From contig CABVDL010000003.1 in assembly GCA_902497035.1 (NCBI GenBank), forward strand, positions 2,836 through 66,835: 64,000 nt of DNA, given 5' to 3'. Under the pieces are notes generated by a model. The model did not search any database, was not told the DNA's origin, and saw nothing but the letters and a program-made list of their open reading frames with translations. Shown here one piece after another: positions 1-8,889 of this stretch; within the stretch, counting starts at the first letter, position 1, and the number at the start of each line of letters is the position of its first letter. The translations under genes were made by a program, and so were the position numbers. The DNA is from an uncultured Prevotella sp. (GTDB lineage Bacteria > Bacteroidota > Bacteroidia > Bacteroidales > Bacteroidaceae).

Positions 1-2
1 GT

Positions 3-260
3 ACCGAGGAACTGATGAAGGAAAACGACAGACTCGAAGCCGAAAAGGCCGCCAAGGAAAAGGCTGAGGAGCCGAAGCTGGAGGACATGCCCGAGGCCGT
101 GAGGCAGGCTCAGGCTGAATACAACAAATCAGTAGCCGGGAAAGAAAACACCGGCAACGAAGCTGCCGACGGGAGTGCCGACAAGAAGCCTGCCGACAAG
201 AAAGCCGCAGACGAAGCTGCCGCACCGAAGAACGGCGACGACGCACAGCCTCAGCTTTGA
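3..260 (+). CDS. ftsH: 3' end of a gene running in from the window edge; probably FtsH protease C-terminal tail
   Basis: Open frame from the window edge (TEELMKENDRLEAEK...) with a low-complexity E/K/A tail, directly upstream of cdsA, which is the usual Bacteroidota ftsH-cdsA order. No catalytic motif is visible. Confidence 0.55.
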   Translation, partial: TEELMKENDRLEAEKAAKEKAEEPKLEDMPEAVRQAQAEYNKSVAGKENTGNEAADGSADKKPADKKAADEAAAPKNGDDAQPQL

Positions 261-283
261 CAGTCATTATTAATAACATCTCT

Positions 284-1147
284 ATGACAAGCAAGCAAAA
301 AAATCTCATTGTCCGCACCATCACGGGTGTCCTGTTCGTCGCCATCATGGTGTCGGGTTTTCTCAACGCCATGGCAATGATGGTGCTGTTCTGCATCATT
401 ACCGGCCTCACAATGTGGGAATATACTGGACTGGTCAACGGCCAGGTGGCCGGCGCCACGGTCAACCGCTTCATCTCAACCGTCGGCGGTGTCTATTTCT
501 TCATTGCGGCGGGAGCCTGGGCATCGGGCATCGTCACGGGCTTTGCCGTGCTGGTGCCCTACATCCTGACCGTCGTCTATCTGCTCATCAGCGAGCTTTA
601 CACGAAGAGCAACAACGCCGTGGCCGACTGGGCCTATACCATGCTCGGCCAACTGTATATCGCCATGCCGCTGGCACTCATCAACATCCTTGCCTTCCCC
701 TATCAGGACCCGCAGAGCTACGACATCTTCCTGCCACTGAGTGTCTTCATTCTTCTCTGGTGCAATGATGCAGGCGCCTACTGCGTCGGCTCGCTCATCG
801 GCCGGCACAAGCTTTTTCCCCGCATCTCACCGGGCAAGACCTGGGAGGGCAGTATCGGCGGCGGCGTGTTAGCCGTCATCGCAGCCGCCATCATCGGCTA
901 CCTGGTCAACAGCGGCGACGAGGGACACCTTCTCAACACTTGGCAATGGCTCGGCCTGGCCGTGGTGGTGGTGGTGTTCGGCACCTGGGGCGACCTTGTC
1001 GAGAGCCTGTTCAAGCGTACCCTTGGCATCAAGGATAGCGGCAACATCCTCCCGGGGCACGGTGGCATGATGGACCGCTTTGACTCGTCGCTGATGGCTA
1101 TTCCAGCAGCCGTGATTTATCTGTACGCACTGCAACTATTTGCATGA
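284..1147 (+). CDS. cdsA: Phosphatidate cytidylyltransferase
   Basis: Multi-TM protein with ISPGKTWEG and KDSGNILPGHGGMMDRFDS signatures. ATG at 284 preferred over TTG 257. Confidence 0.95.
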   Translation: MTSKQKNLIVRTITGVLFVAIMVSGFLNAMAMMVLFCIITGLTMWEYTGLVNGQVAGATVNRFISTVGGVYFFIAAGAWASGIVTGFAVLVPYILTVVYLLISELYTKSNNAVADWAYTMLGQLYIAMPLALINILAFPYQDPQSYDIFLPLSVFILLWCNDAGAYCVGSLIGRHKLFPRISPGKTWEGSIGGGVLAVIAAAIIGYLVNSGDEGHLLNTWQWLGLAVVVVVFGTWGDLVESLFKRTLGIKDSGNILPGHGGMMDRFDSSLMAIPAAVIYLYALQLFA

Positions 1148-3398
1148 CGCGCTGGCGCATGCCCTCAATATCGAGTACACCATAAGCAAAACCCTTACGG
1201 GTCAACTCCAAAGGAAGCCGGTCGTCGTATTTGTCGAAGACCGGCTTTTCCTTTGGATAAAGCAGTGTCATCGGGTCAATGGGCTTGCTGATTTCCGCAC
1301 GTATCACCTCCAGCAGCCGATCGAGACTGGTCTGCAGGGTAAACTGCATCCAATAGGGCCGGTTGGAGTCGAAGCCCTTCATGCCCACCTGCGGCCCGCA
1401 CTTGAGTCTCAGGAAACGCTCTAAGGCCAAAAAGGCGTAGCTGCCCAGCCAGGGGAACAGCGCATACATGTTGCCTCCCAGCGGGATAATCCACTTCACG
1501 CCCAGTCCCGAATGCAGCGCGGCATCCTGAGCCTGGGCCAGCCGCAGACGGGCCTGCGGCAGGAGGTAAGCATAGCGGGCCACACGCTCCTCGGGTGACT
1601 GGTCGCCCGCAAAGCCCTCAAGCAGCAGGCGACGCATGCGCTCGAGGATGTGCGTATGGATGTCGCCCGGCTCGTCGCCGAAATAGGCCGGGATGATGCC
1701 CTTTACGGGATGGCAATAGACTACATGGCGCTTGATGTCCACCTCCTCGACCACCCACACGCGGCCCGCAATGGCTATCTTGTCGTTGACTGGTGGCGGC
1801 TTGACGATGGTGCCGAGCTCCTGCGACTCACAGCGCACCGTATACTCCTCGTTTTCCTGGAATACCGCATAGAACTTGAAGTTGTTCACCTCACGCTCTC
1901 CGGCTATGCCGACGATGAGTCCGCCGCGCTCTGTGCGCTCCACATGGTCAGTCTTGAGCAGATGGCGCAACAGCATGCGGAAGTCATCCTGCGTGACATT
2001 GCGGAAATAGCTCAGCGTCAGCACGCGCGACGCCAGTTCGGCCGGCATCATCTCACCGCCCGAGGCCAGCGTGGCCATGGTCTGGTGATAGAGCAGACTG
2101 TAGGGCAGCCGGCCCGTGCGCGGCGGCTCTACCCATTTCTCCTCCAGATAGAGCTGCACCAGGGCTATACCCTGCAACAGTTTCCAGGGAATAGTCTCGG
2201 GCAGCAGCGCGCGGGCCTCGGCCGGGTCTTCCCTGATGACAAACCACATCTCCGACGGCGCGCCGCGGCGGCCCGTGCGTCCCATGCGCTGGAGGAACGA
2301 CGACACGGTATAGGGGGCGTCAATCTGGAACGCGCGCTCCAACCGTCCGATGTCAATACCCAGCTCAAGGGTAGAGGTTGTGCATACCGTCACAAGGCTG
2401 TCGTCACGCTTGATTATCTCCTCGGCGCTCTCGCGATACGCTGTCGACAGGTTGCCATGGTGGATGAGGAAGCGGTCAGGCTCATGCCTGGCCTCGCAGT
2501 ATTGCCGCAGCGTCGAGGTCACGGCCTCGCACTCCTCACGGGAGTTGGAGAACACGAGACATTTATGGCCGCGCGTGTTGTCGAAGATATAGCGCAGGGC
2601 CGGGTCGGCCATGCGCAATGGGTCGTCGGGGCCAGTGCTCTGCGGGTCGGGCAGTTCCTTGCGTCCCTCCTTGCGGGCCTGCACGGTGTGGTCGGGCTGG
2701 ATGGTGAAGAAATGCTCCATCGACAGGCGCCATTTTGCCTTGGCCGACTCCACCCGCGGGATGACCGTGCCGCGCCCGGTGCCTGCCGAGAGATAGCGCG
2801 CCACCATGTCAGGCTCACCGATGGTGGCCGACAGACCGATGCGGCGGGGGTTGACACCGGCCAGGCGGCAGAGGCGCTCAATGAGGCAGAGCGTCTGGCC
2901 TCCGCGGTCTCCCCGAAGAAAGGAGTGTATCTCGTCGATGACGATAAAGCGGAGGTCGCCGAACAGATGAGGTATCTCCGAATGGCGGTGCAGCAGCATG
3001 GCCTCAAGGCTCTCAGGCGTAATCTGCAGAATGCCAGAGGGATGCTTGAGCAGTTTCTTCTTCTGTGACTGCGCCACATCGCCGTGCCAGTGCCACACGG
3101 CGATGCCGCTCTCGTCACAGATGTCGTTGAGACGTACAAACTGGTCGTTGATGAGGGCTTTCAGGGGTGCGATGTAGAGGCAGCCTACCGAGGCCGGCGG
3201 CTGTTCCTGCATGAGCGTGATGATGGGGAAAAAGGCGGCCTCCGTCTTGCCCGACGCCGTCGATGCCGAGAGCAGCACGTTGGCGTCGGTCTTGAAGATG
3301 GCATCGCCTGCCGCGGCCTGTATGCCGCGGAGCGAGGTCCAGCCGTTCTCATAGATATAGTGCTGAATGAGTGGGGAGTAACGGGAAAAGACGTTCAT
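1098..3398 (-). CDS. Lhr-like DEAD/DEAH SF2 helicase (Shango SngC-like)
   Basis: ASTASGKTEAA (Walker A), IVIDEIH, GLSATIG, TSTLELGIDIG and QRMGRTGRR motifs; downstream of the DUF2791 ATPase and TerB-domain genes. Confidence 0.9.
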   Translation of the reverse strand: MNVFSRYSPLIQHYIYENGWTSLRGIQAAAGDAIFKTDANVLLSASTASGKTEAAFFPIITLMQEQPPASVGCLYIAPLKALINDQFVRLNDICDESGIAVWHWHGDVAQSQKKKLLKHPSGILQITPESLEAMLLHRHSEIPHLFGDLRFIVIDEIHSFLRGDRGGQTLCLIERLCRLAGVNPRRIGLSATIGEPDMVARYLSAGTGRGTVIPRVESAKAKWRLSMEHFFTIQPDHTVQARKEGRKELPDPQSTGPDDPLRMADPALRYIFDNTRGHKCLVFSNSREECEAVTSTLRQYCEARHEPDRFLIHHGNLSTAYRESAEEIIKRDDSLVTVCTTSTLELGIDIGRLERAFQIDAPYTVSSFLQRMGRTGRRGAPSEMWFVIREDPAEARALLPETIPWKLLQGIALVQLYLEEKWVEPPRTGRLPYSLLYHQTMATLASGGEMMPAELASRVLTLSYFRNVTQDDFRMLLRHLLKTDHVERTERGGLIVGIAGEREVNNFKFYAVFQENEEYTVRCESQELGTIVKPPPVNDKIAIAGRVWVVEEVDIKRHVVYCHPVKGIIPAYFGDEPGDIHTHILERMRRLLLEGFAGDQSPEERVARYAYLLPQARLRLAQAQDAALHSGLGVKWIIPLGGNMYALFPWLGSYAFLALERFLRLKCGPQVGMKGFDSNRPYWMQFTLQTSLDRLLEVIRAEISKPIDPMTLLYPKEKPVFDKYDDRLPLELTRKGFAYGVLDIEGMRQRVMQIVAVRTDKSRLLE

Positions 3399-3423
3399 AG
3401 TAGGGGAAGATAGAGACTAGGGA

Positions 3424-3516
3424 CTATAGAAGCTATTGAAGCTATTGAAGCTATAGAAGCTATAGAAACTATAGAAACTATAGAAACTATAGAGACTATA
3501 GAAACTATAGAGACTA
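3424..3516. repeat. 9-bp tandem repeat, 10 full units of CTAT(A/T)GA(A/G)(A/G)
   Basis: Units read at 3424+9n: ctatagaag, ctattgaag x2, ctatagaag, ctatagaaa x3, ctatagaga, ctatagaaa, ctatagaga, then cta. Confidence 0.95.
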
Positions 3517-4845
3517 AATGCTGAACTCGGCAAAGCGGGGGTCAGTGGCAGCACCGGCCTGCTGCTCCAGCGAGGGCTTGGCATAGCTGAAGGCATCTGA
3601 CTGGAGGAGCGCGCGGAGGTCGACCGACGGATTCTGGTAGAGAATATCGAGCAGCTCGATGAAGTCGCGGATGACCTCGCGCGGCGTGATGTGCTCATCG
3701 GCGCCGATGCGGCCGTATTCTATCTTGATGAAGTCGGCCAGACCGTTGTCGTCAATCGTACGCTGGTAGCCGTAGAGTGAGGCATGGATGTCGGCAAGTT
3801 TCTCCGTAAGTACGAGCATTTCCTCAGAGGTGAGCGGCTGTAGGCGCAGCACCGGCCCCATCAGGTCTTGCATGCCCTGCGACTGGGCGAACTTACCTTC
3901 CTGCAGGCGTGAGCGAAGCGCCTCATAACTGTAGATGCCGCGGTGGCGGTCTTCGACGCATTGCGGCGTCCCGCTCATCACCATGCCGATGTATTGTGCC
4001 TTGCCCTGAAGGGCATCGTTATACATTGTGAGCATCTTCTCGTAGTTGTATTGCCGCGAGATACTGTTGGGTATCTTGTAAAGGTTCACCAGCTCGTCGA
4101 TGAAAACAATCAGCCCCTCGTAGCCCGCCTGTCTGAAGAAGTAGGCTAGGAGCTTGAGATAGTCGTACCAGTCGTCGTCACTGATGATCACCGTCACGCC
4201 CAATTCCTGCCGTGCCTCCGTCTTGGTGGCATACTCACCTCGAAACCATTTCATCACCTTGCCTTTCAGTTCGTCGTCGCCCTCAGTGAAAGCCCTGTAG
4301 TAGAGCGAGAGCAGACGTGCGAAGTCGAAACCGTGAACCAGGTTCTGCATCGACCTTATGACGCTCATGATGCGCTGCTCCACGGCCTGGGCAAAGCCGC
4401 TGTCGTCGAGGCTCATGCCCGTGGCGGTCGCGGTATCTGCCTGCACGTTACCAATCCATCGGTCGAGGACAAGCGTCAGCGCGCCCCCCTCCGGCTTCGA
4501 CTTCACGCTGAGGTTGCGCATCAGCTCGCGGTAGGTAGCCAGTCCCTGCCCCTGATTGCCCTGCAGGCGGCGCTCCGGCGAGAGGTCGGCATCGGCCACA
4601 ATGAAGTTGCGGTCCATCACATGGTTGCGGATGGTCTGCAGGAGAAACGACTTGCCGCTGCCGTATTTGCCCACGATAAAGCGGAACGACGCGCCGCCGT
4701 TGGCTACGATACCAACATCGTGAAGCAGGGCCTCCACCTCACGCCGACGGCCTACGGCAATGTAAGGCAGGCCTATACGCGGCACGACGCCGCCTTTTAG
4801 CGAATTGATTATAGTCTGTGCTATGCGTTTGGGTATCTTTATCAT
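3514..4845 (-). CDS. DUF2791/BrxD-like P-loop ATPase (Shango SngB-like)
   Basis: N-terminal SLKGGVVPRIGL, Walker A GKYGSGKS, Walker B IVFIDE, C-terminal TPREVIRDF. Confidence 0.88.
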   Translation of the reverse strand: MIKIPKRIAQTIINSLKGGVVPRIGLPYIAVGRRREVEALLHDVGIVANGGASFRFIVGKYGSGKSFLLQTIRNHVMDRNFIVADADLSPERRLQGNQGQGLATYRELMRNLSVKSKPEGGALTLVLDRWIGNVQADTATATGMSLDDSGFAQAVEQRIMSVIRSMQNLVHGFDFARLLSLYYRAFTEGDDELKGKVMKWFRGEYATKTEARQELGVTVIISDDDWYDYLKLLAYFFRQAGYEGLIVFIDELVNLYKIPNSISRQYNYEKMLTMYNDALQGKAQYIGMVMSGTPQCVEDRHRGIYSYEALRSRLQEGKFAQSQGMQDLMGPVLRLQPLTSEEMLVLTEKLADIHASLYGYQRTIDDNGLADFIKIEYGRIGADEHITPREVIRDFIELLDILYQNPSVDLRALLQSDAFSYAKPSLEQQAGAATDPRFAEFSI

Positions 4846-6482
4846 TTGTTCAATTCATTTTCTACATCTTCCAAATAGTCTTCTATCAGCTTCGGACCTT
4901 CGCCATCATCCTCTATCAGCACATCGCCCAGCCAGTCCATCGCCTTGCTGTTGACCCCATCCACCATCACGCCCAACGGCGTATGGAAGCTGCGGAGACA
5001 GGCCTGCCAGTCGCCACCTTTGAGCAGCAACCTGAGAAATGCCTGCTCCTCTGAGGTAAACAGGCTGGCTGCCGCTTGTTCCTTTTCAGGCCGGCCGGGA
5101 ACGGCTGTGGGCACCGACGGGGCTGTCGGCTCCTTAGCCACCGTCGTTTCCAGTGGCTCTGGCGACACCGCTGTGGAGACTGATGCCGTCTCCTCACGGT
5201 CCTCGTCGGTGAGAAGGGCATCGCGCACGGCGGCGGCATCGGTGCGTATGCGGTCGAGCTTGGAAAAGTCGACCGTTACCTTCGGACGCTGTGCCTCGGC
5301 ACGCTCCGCCAACCAGTCGTTGATAACCTGCTGGATGGCCTCCTGCAGTTCCTTGTCCATTGGCTTGGGCGCAATCTTCGGCGACACACGCAATGACAGC
5401 CGCAAGCGGCGGTCGGTCTCACGCAGGATGGCACCGAGGGGACCGCCGCGGTGGTTGGACAACCGTTGAGAGTACATTGTCTCGGTCCATATTCCGCTTT
5501 GGCAAACGTACTTGCGGCGCAGGCTGATGGCCACTTCCCGCTCACGCACGGGTGCGGGGTCATAGAATATGGCGGCCTCAAACATTGGATGCGCCACCTG
5601 CCTTCGCATGCCCATGCAGAGCGTCTCAAGGCGATGATGGGTGATTTTCTCCAACAGTCCGGCCACACCACGTATCACCCGCGGCACGACAGCCTCCACG
5701 GCCTCGCGCTGTTTCTTGTAGAGCGCACCGCCCAAGAGATTGTAGGCCGACAGCGACGTCACCGTCTGAAACAGCAGCTGGTCGGGTACCGTGTTGCGGT
5801 TGACCAGCACCAAAGCCTCGGCATCCTCCTGTCGTTCGGCGTCAAACTGCTCTGCGATGTGGCCGGTGAGGTTGTTATAGACCACGAAATCGCGCGACCA
5901 CAACCTGAGATAGCGGCTCAGGCTCGGCTCTGTGGTATAGTTGGCCCGCAGCTCCTGAAGCAGTTCATAGGCCTCCTCGGCATTGTTGCAGCCGATTTTC
6001 ATCAGCAGCTCATACACATAGACGAAGAGATAAGACAGCGGCACATCAGGATATTTGCCCTGCCTCAGCAGGTGGCGCACGGTGAAGTAGCTGCGCAGCT
6101 GCGCCACGGTCATGCTGTGGTAAGTGGGGAAATAGCAGTGGAACGGCACGATGGGCGCATGGTCGGCATAGTCGGCCATCAGCTTGGCCTCGTTGTAGAA
6201 CGCGCGGTTCTGCGTAAACGTCCAGTGGTCGCGCGTCATCATGGCCTGCAACTGCATCAGGGGTTCCGGCACCTGGCCGACGCTCTCTGTCATGCCGCCG
6301 TGAGTCTCGCTCCCGCCTTGAGGGACCACGCCGCCGCTGCTGCCGGCAGGCCACGCCGGACGCCCGGGCAACTGCTCTGGGGCCACGTAGTCCCAGCTGC
6401 CGCCACCTGCCCTACCGCTGAAGCTGTCGCTGTCGGGAAAGAGCGGTGTGTCACCGTAGGCTGTCTTGAAATCGTCGTCCAT
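4842..6482 (-). CDS. TerB-N / TerB-C domain protein (Shango SngA-like)
   Basis: PFHCYFPTYHSM...YLFVYVYEL (TerB-N-like) and DFSKLDRIR...VDGVNSKAMDWLGDVLIE (TerB-C-like). Start placed at ATG 6482, just downstream of a TATCTTTG promoter; 4-bp overlap with the ATPase gene. Confidence 0.8.
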   Translation of the reverse strand: MDDDFKTAYGDTPLFPDSDSFSGRAGGGSWDYVAPEQLPGRPAWPAGSSGGVVPQGGSETHGGMTESVGQVPEPLMQLQAMMTRDHWTFTQNRAFYNEAKLMADYADHAPIVPFHCYFPTYHSMTVAQLRSYFTVRHLLRQGKYPDVPLSYLFVYVYELLMKIGCNNAEEAYELLQELRANYTTEPSLSRYLRLWSRDFVVYNNLTGHIAEQFDAERQEDAEALVLVNRNTVPDQLLFQTVTSLSAYNLLGGALYKKQREAVEAVVPRVIRGVAGLLEKITHHRLETLCMGMRRQVAHPMFEAAIFYDPAPVREREVAISLRRKYVCQSGIWTETMYSQRLSNHRGGPLGAILRETDRRLRLSLRVSPKIAPKPMDKELQEAIQQVINDWLAERAEAQRPKVTVDFSKLDRIRTDAAAVRDALLTDEDREETASVSTAVSPEPLETTVAKEPTAPSVPTAVPGRPEKEQAAASLFTSEEQAFLRLLLKGGDWQACLRSFHTPLGVMVDGVNSKAMDWLGDVLIEDDGEGPKLIEDYLEDVENELNK

Positions 6483-6501
6483 CAATGCTGTTTTTAAGTT
6501 A

Positions 6502-6509
6502 CAAAGATA
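6502..6509 (-). promoter_or_regulatory. Bacteroidota -7 promoter element (TATCTTTG) for the Shango-like operon
   Basis: Matches TAnnTTTG about 20 nt upstream of ATG 6482. Confidence 0.6.
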
Positions 6510-6595
6510 CCATTTTTTGTTGAAACGGCGGTTGCCATGCCGCACAATCTTTTCAAAAAAACACGCTTTTTTGCCCATATCAAGGAAAATAATCG

Positions 6596-6603
6596 TAATT
6601 TTG
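6596..6603 (+). promoter_or_regulatory. Bacteroidota -7 promoter element (TAATTTTG) for the riboswitch/btu operon
   Basis: TAnnTTTG match with a TTTG at 6570-6573, immediately 5' of the riboswitch. Confidence 0.65.
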
Positions 6604-6614
6604 CAACCGTATAA

Positions 6615-6795
6615 CCATTTAGTCGCCGGTTCACGCCCATGCGTGATGAAAAGGGAACGGGGTGAGAATCCCCGACAGACCCGCTGCTGTGTGCGGTCCG
6701 TCACGATAAAGCGAACACACGATAGCCACTGACATTTTCTTCGGGAAGGCTGTTTGCTTTGTCTTTGACCGCGAGCCAGAAGACCTGCCTGCGAC
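6615..6795 (+). ncRNA. Cobalamin (B12) riboswitch
   Basis: Hallmark motifs in order: GGTT, AAAAGGGAAC.GGGTGAGAATCCCCG, CCCGCTGCTGT, GCCACTG (6725), GGGAAGG (6743), GAGCCAGAAGACCTGCC (6773-6789); upstream of a TonB-dependent receptor. Ends are approximate. Confidence 0.92.
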
Positions 6796-6846
6796 GCAAC
6801 GATTGTCCAGAGCCTCGTGGATTGGGCACTGGCAGTGAAAACAACG

Positions 6847-8883
6847 ATGACAAAAGCATGTGTGATGAGCTTGCTGCTTGCGTGTGTTCTGACTGCGCAG
6901 GCAACGGAAGGCGTTTCTGAGACGTCCTCCACGGCCGTCTGCGCCGATACGCTGCTGTCTGACAGTACCCTGCGCATCAGCGAGGTCACGGTCTATGGCC
7001 ACAGCATGGGTGAGATGGTTCCGGCGCAGCATCTCACCGGCGAGCGTCTCCGGTCGCTGTCGTCGTTCTCCGTTGCCGACGCCATCCGCTACTTCTCTGG
7101 CGTACAAATCAAGGACTACGGAGGCGTAGGCGGCCTCAAGACCATTGATGTAAGGTCGATGGGCACCAACCACATGGGCATCTTCTACGACGGACTTCCG
7201 TTGGGCAATGCGCAGAACGGGCAGATTGACCTCGGCCGATTCTCCATGGACAACATCGAGGAGATAAGCCTCTACAACGGACAGAAAAGCGATATTTTTC
7301 AGTCGGCACGCGACTTCGGCAGCTCAGGGACAGTGTATATCCGCACGCGGCGGCCGCAGTTTTCCGGCGGCAAGAGCCGCAACCTTCGCATCACTGAGAA
7401 ATTCGGCTCGTTTGGCCTCTCCGACCCCTCACTGCTATGGGAGCAGCGCTGGAGCCGCAGCCTCACGTCGTCGGTGAGCGCGGAATGGGTCAATGCGAGC
7501 GGCAAATACCGTTTCCGCTACCGCCGCAAGTTTCCCGACGGCACGGTGGCCTGGGACACGACGGCCGTCCGCCGCAACGGCGACATTGCCTCACTGAGGC
7601 TCGAGGGCGCGCTCTTCGGCACACTCACCGACGGCCACTGGGACGGCAAGGTGTACTACTACGACTCGGAACGCGGCATACCCGGCGCCATCGTCAACAA
7701 CGTGTGGAAGCGGTCGCAGCGGCAGTGGGACCGCAACTTCTTCGTGCAGGGCAACGCCGTGCAGCGCGTCAGCGACCACTATGAGTACAAGGTCAGCGCA
7801 AAATACGCCAACGACTACCTGCGCTATCTCAACCCCGACACCACCCTACTCTACGTCAACAACCGCTTCCGCCAGCAGGAGTGGTACATCTCCACGGCTC
7901 ACCACGTCACGCCATTGCCCCACTGGGACTGCGACCTGTCGGTCGATTACCAGTACAACACGCTCGGGGCCAACCTCTCCGACTTTGCCTATCCCTGGCG
8001 CCACACGCTGCTCTCAGCCCTTGCCATGAGCTATCAGTGGGGCGTGGTGAAAGTGATGGGCAGTCTGCTGGCCACTAATGTCTGGGAAAAACGGCGCGAC
8101 GGCTTCCACAAGCTCTCGCCGGCCCTCTTCCTGACTTGCCGCGCGGCCGACGGCTTGTCGATGCGCGCATTCTATAAGCGCATCTTCCGCATGCCCACAT
8201 TCAACGACCTTTATTACACCAATATAGGCAACACCGACCTGCGGCCAGAATACGCCACGCAGTGGGACTTGGGCATGCTCTATTCAAAGAACGCAAGAAG
8301 CGGCTGGCTCTCGAGGATTGAGCTGAAGGCCGACGCCTACTACAACCACGTGGATGACAAGATTGTTGCCGTGCCGAGCGGCTCGGGACAGTACCGCTGG
8401 ATGATGATGAACATCGGCAAGGTGCATATCCTCGGCATTGAGACCTCGGCTCAGGCCGTAGTGCGTCCTGCGCCCGACTGGATGCTCAACGTTTGCTGCA
8501 GCTACACCTACCAAAGGGCGCAAGACTATACCGACCCGTCCGACAACGACCCCGTGTCGGGTTCCTACAAGGGACAGATAGCCTACACGCCCTGGCACAG
8601 CGGCTCCGTTACGGCCAACCTTGTGTGGCGGACGTTGGGACTCAACTATGCGTTCGTCTATGTGGGCGAACGCTATCACAACTCGGCCAACATAGCCGTC
8701 AACCGCGAGCAGCCGTGGTACACCCACGACCTCAGCGCCTCATGGCAGTGGCGGTGGAGCGCGTGGAGCGGACAGCTGGCCGTAGAGTGCAACAACGTGC
8801 TAAGCCAACAATACGACGTGGTGCTCAATTATCCCATGCCGGGCCGCAACTGGCGGTTTATCGTCAAACTGAATATTCCCTGA
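6847..8883 (+). CDS. btuB: TonB-dependent vitamin B12 receptor
   Basis: Signal peptide, plug motifs DYGGVGGLKTIDVR and GNAQNGQIDLGRFS, barrel ending YPMPGRNW; under a B12 riboswitch. Confidence 0.85.
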   Translation: MTKACVMSLLLACVLTAQATEGVSETSSTAVCADTLLSDSTLRISEVTVYGHSMGEMVPAQHLTGERLRSLSSFSVADAIRYFSGVQIKDYGGVGGLKTIDVRSMGTNHMGIFYDGLPLGNAQNGQIDLGRFSMDNIEEISLYNGQKSDIFQSARDFGSSGTVYIRTRRPQFSGGKSRNLRITEKFGSFGLSDPSLLWEQRWSRSLTSSVSAEWVNASGKYRFRYRRKFPDGTVAWDTTAVRRNGDIASLRLEGALFGTLTDGHWDGKVYYYDSERGIPGAIVNNVWKRSQRQWDRNFFVQGNAVQRVSDHYEYKVSAKYANDYLRYLNPDTTLLYVNNRFRQQEWYISTAHHVTPLPHWDCDLSVDYQYNTLGANLSDFAYPWRHTLLSALAMSYQWGVVKVMGSLLATNVWEKRRDGFHKLSPALFLTCRAADGLSMRAFYKRIFRMPTFNDLYYTNIGNTDLRPEYATQWDLGMLYSKNARSGWLSRIELKADAYYNHVDDKIVAVPSGSGQYRWMMMNIGKVHILGIETSAQAVVRPAPDWMLNVCCSYTYQRAQDYTDPSDNDPVSGSYKGQIAYTPWHSGSVTANLVWRTLGLNYAFVYVGERYHNSANIAVNREQPWYTHDLSASWQWRWSAWSGQLAVECNNVLSQQYDVVLNYPMPGRNWRFIVKLNIP

Positions 8884-8889
8884 CGCACT

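Noticed and set aside
3417..3698. 93-aa ORF with FYS repeats
   Set aside because: Alternate frame of the ATPase 3' end reading through the 9-bp repeat.
3514..4845. BREX system (BrxD-like ATPase plus helicase)
   Set aside because: No pglZ, pglX or brxC; the TerB-domain partner points to a Shango-like system instead.
6483..6989. N-terminal 169 aa of the 715-aa ORF
   Set aside because: Overlaps two promoters, the riboswitch and the btuB start on the opposite strand; the true start is more likely ATG 6482.
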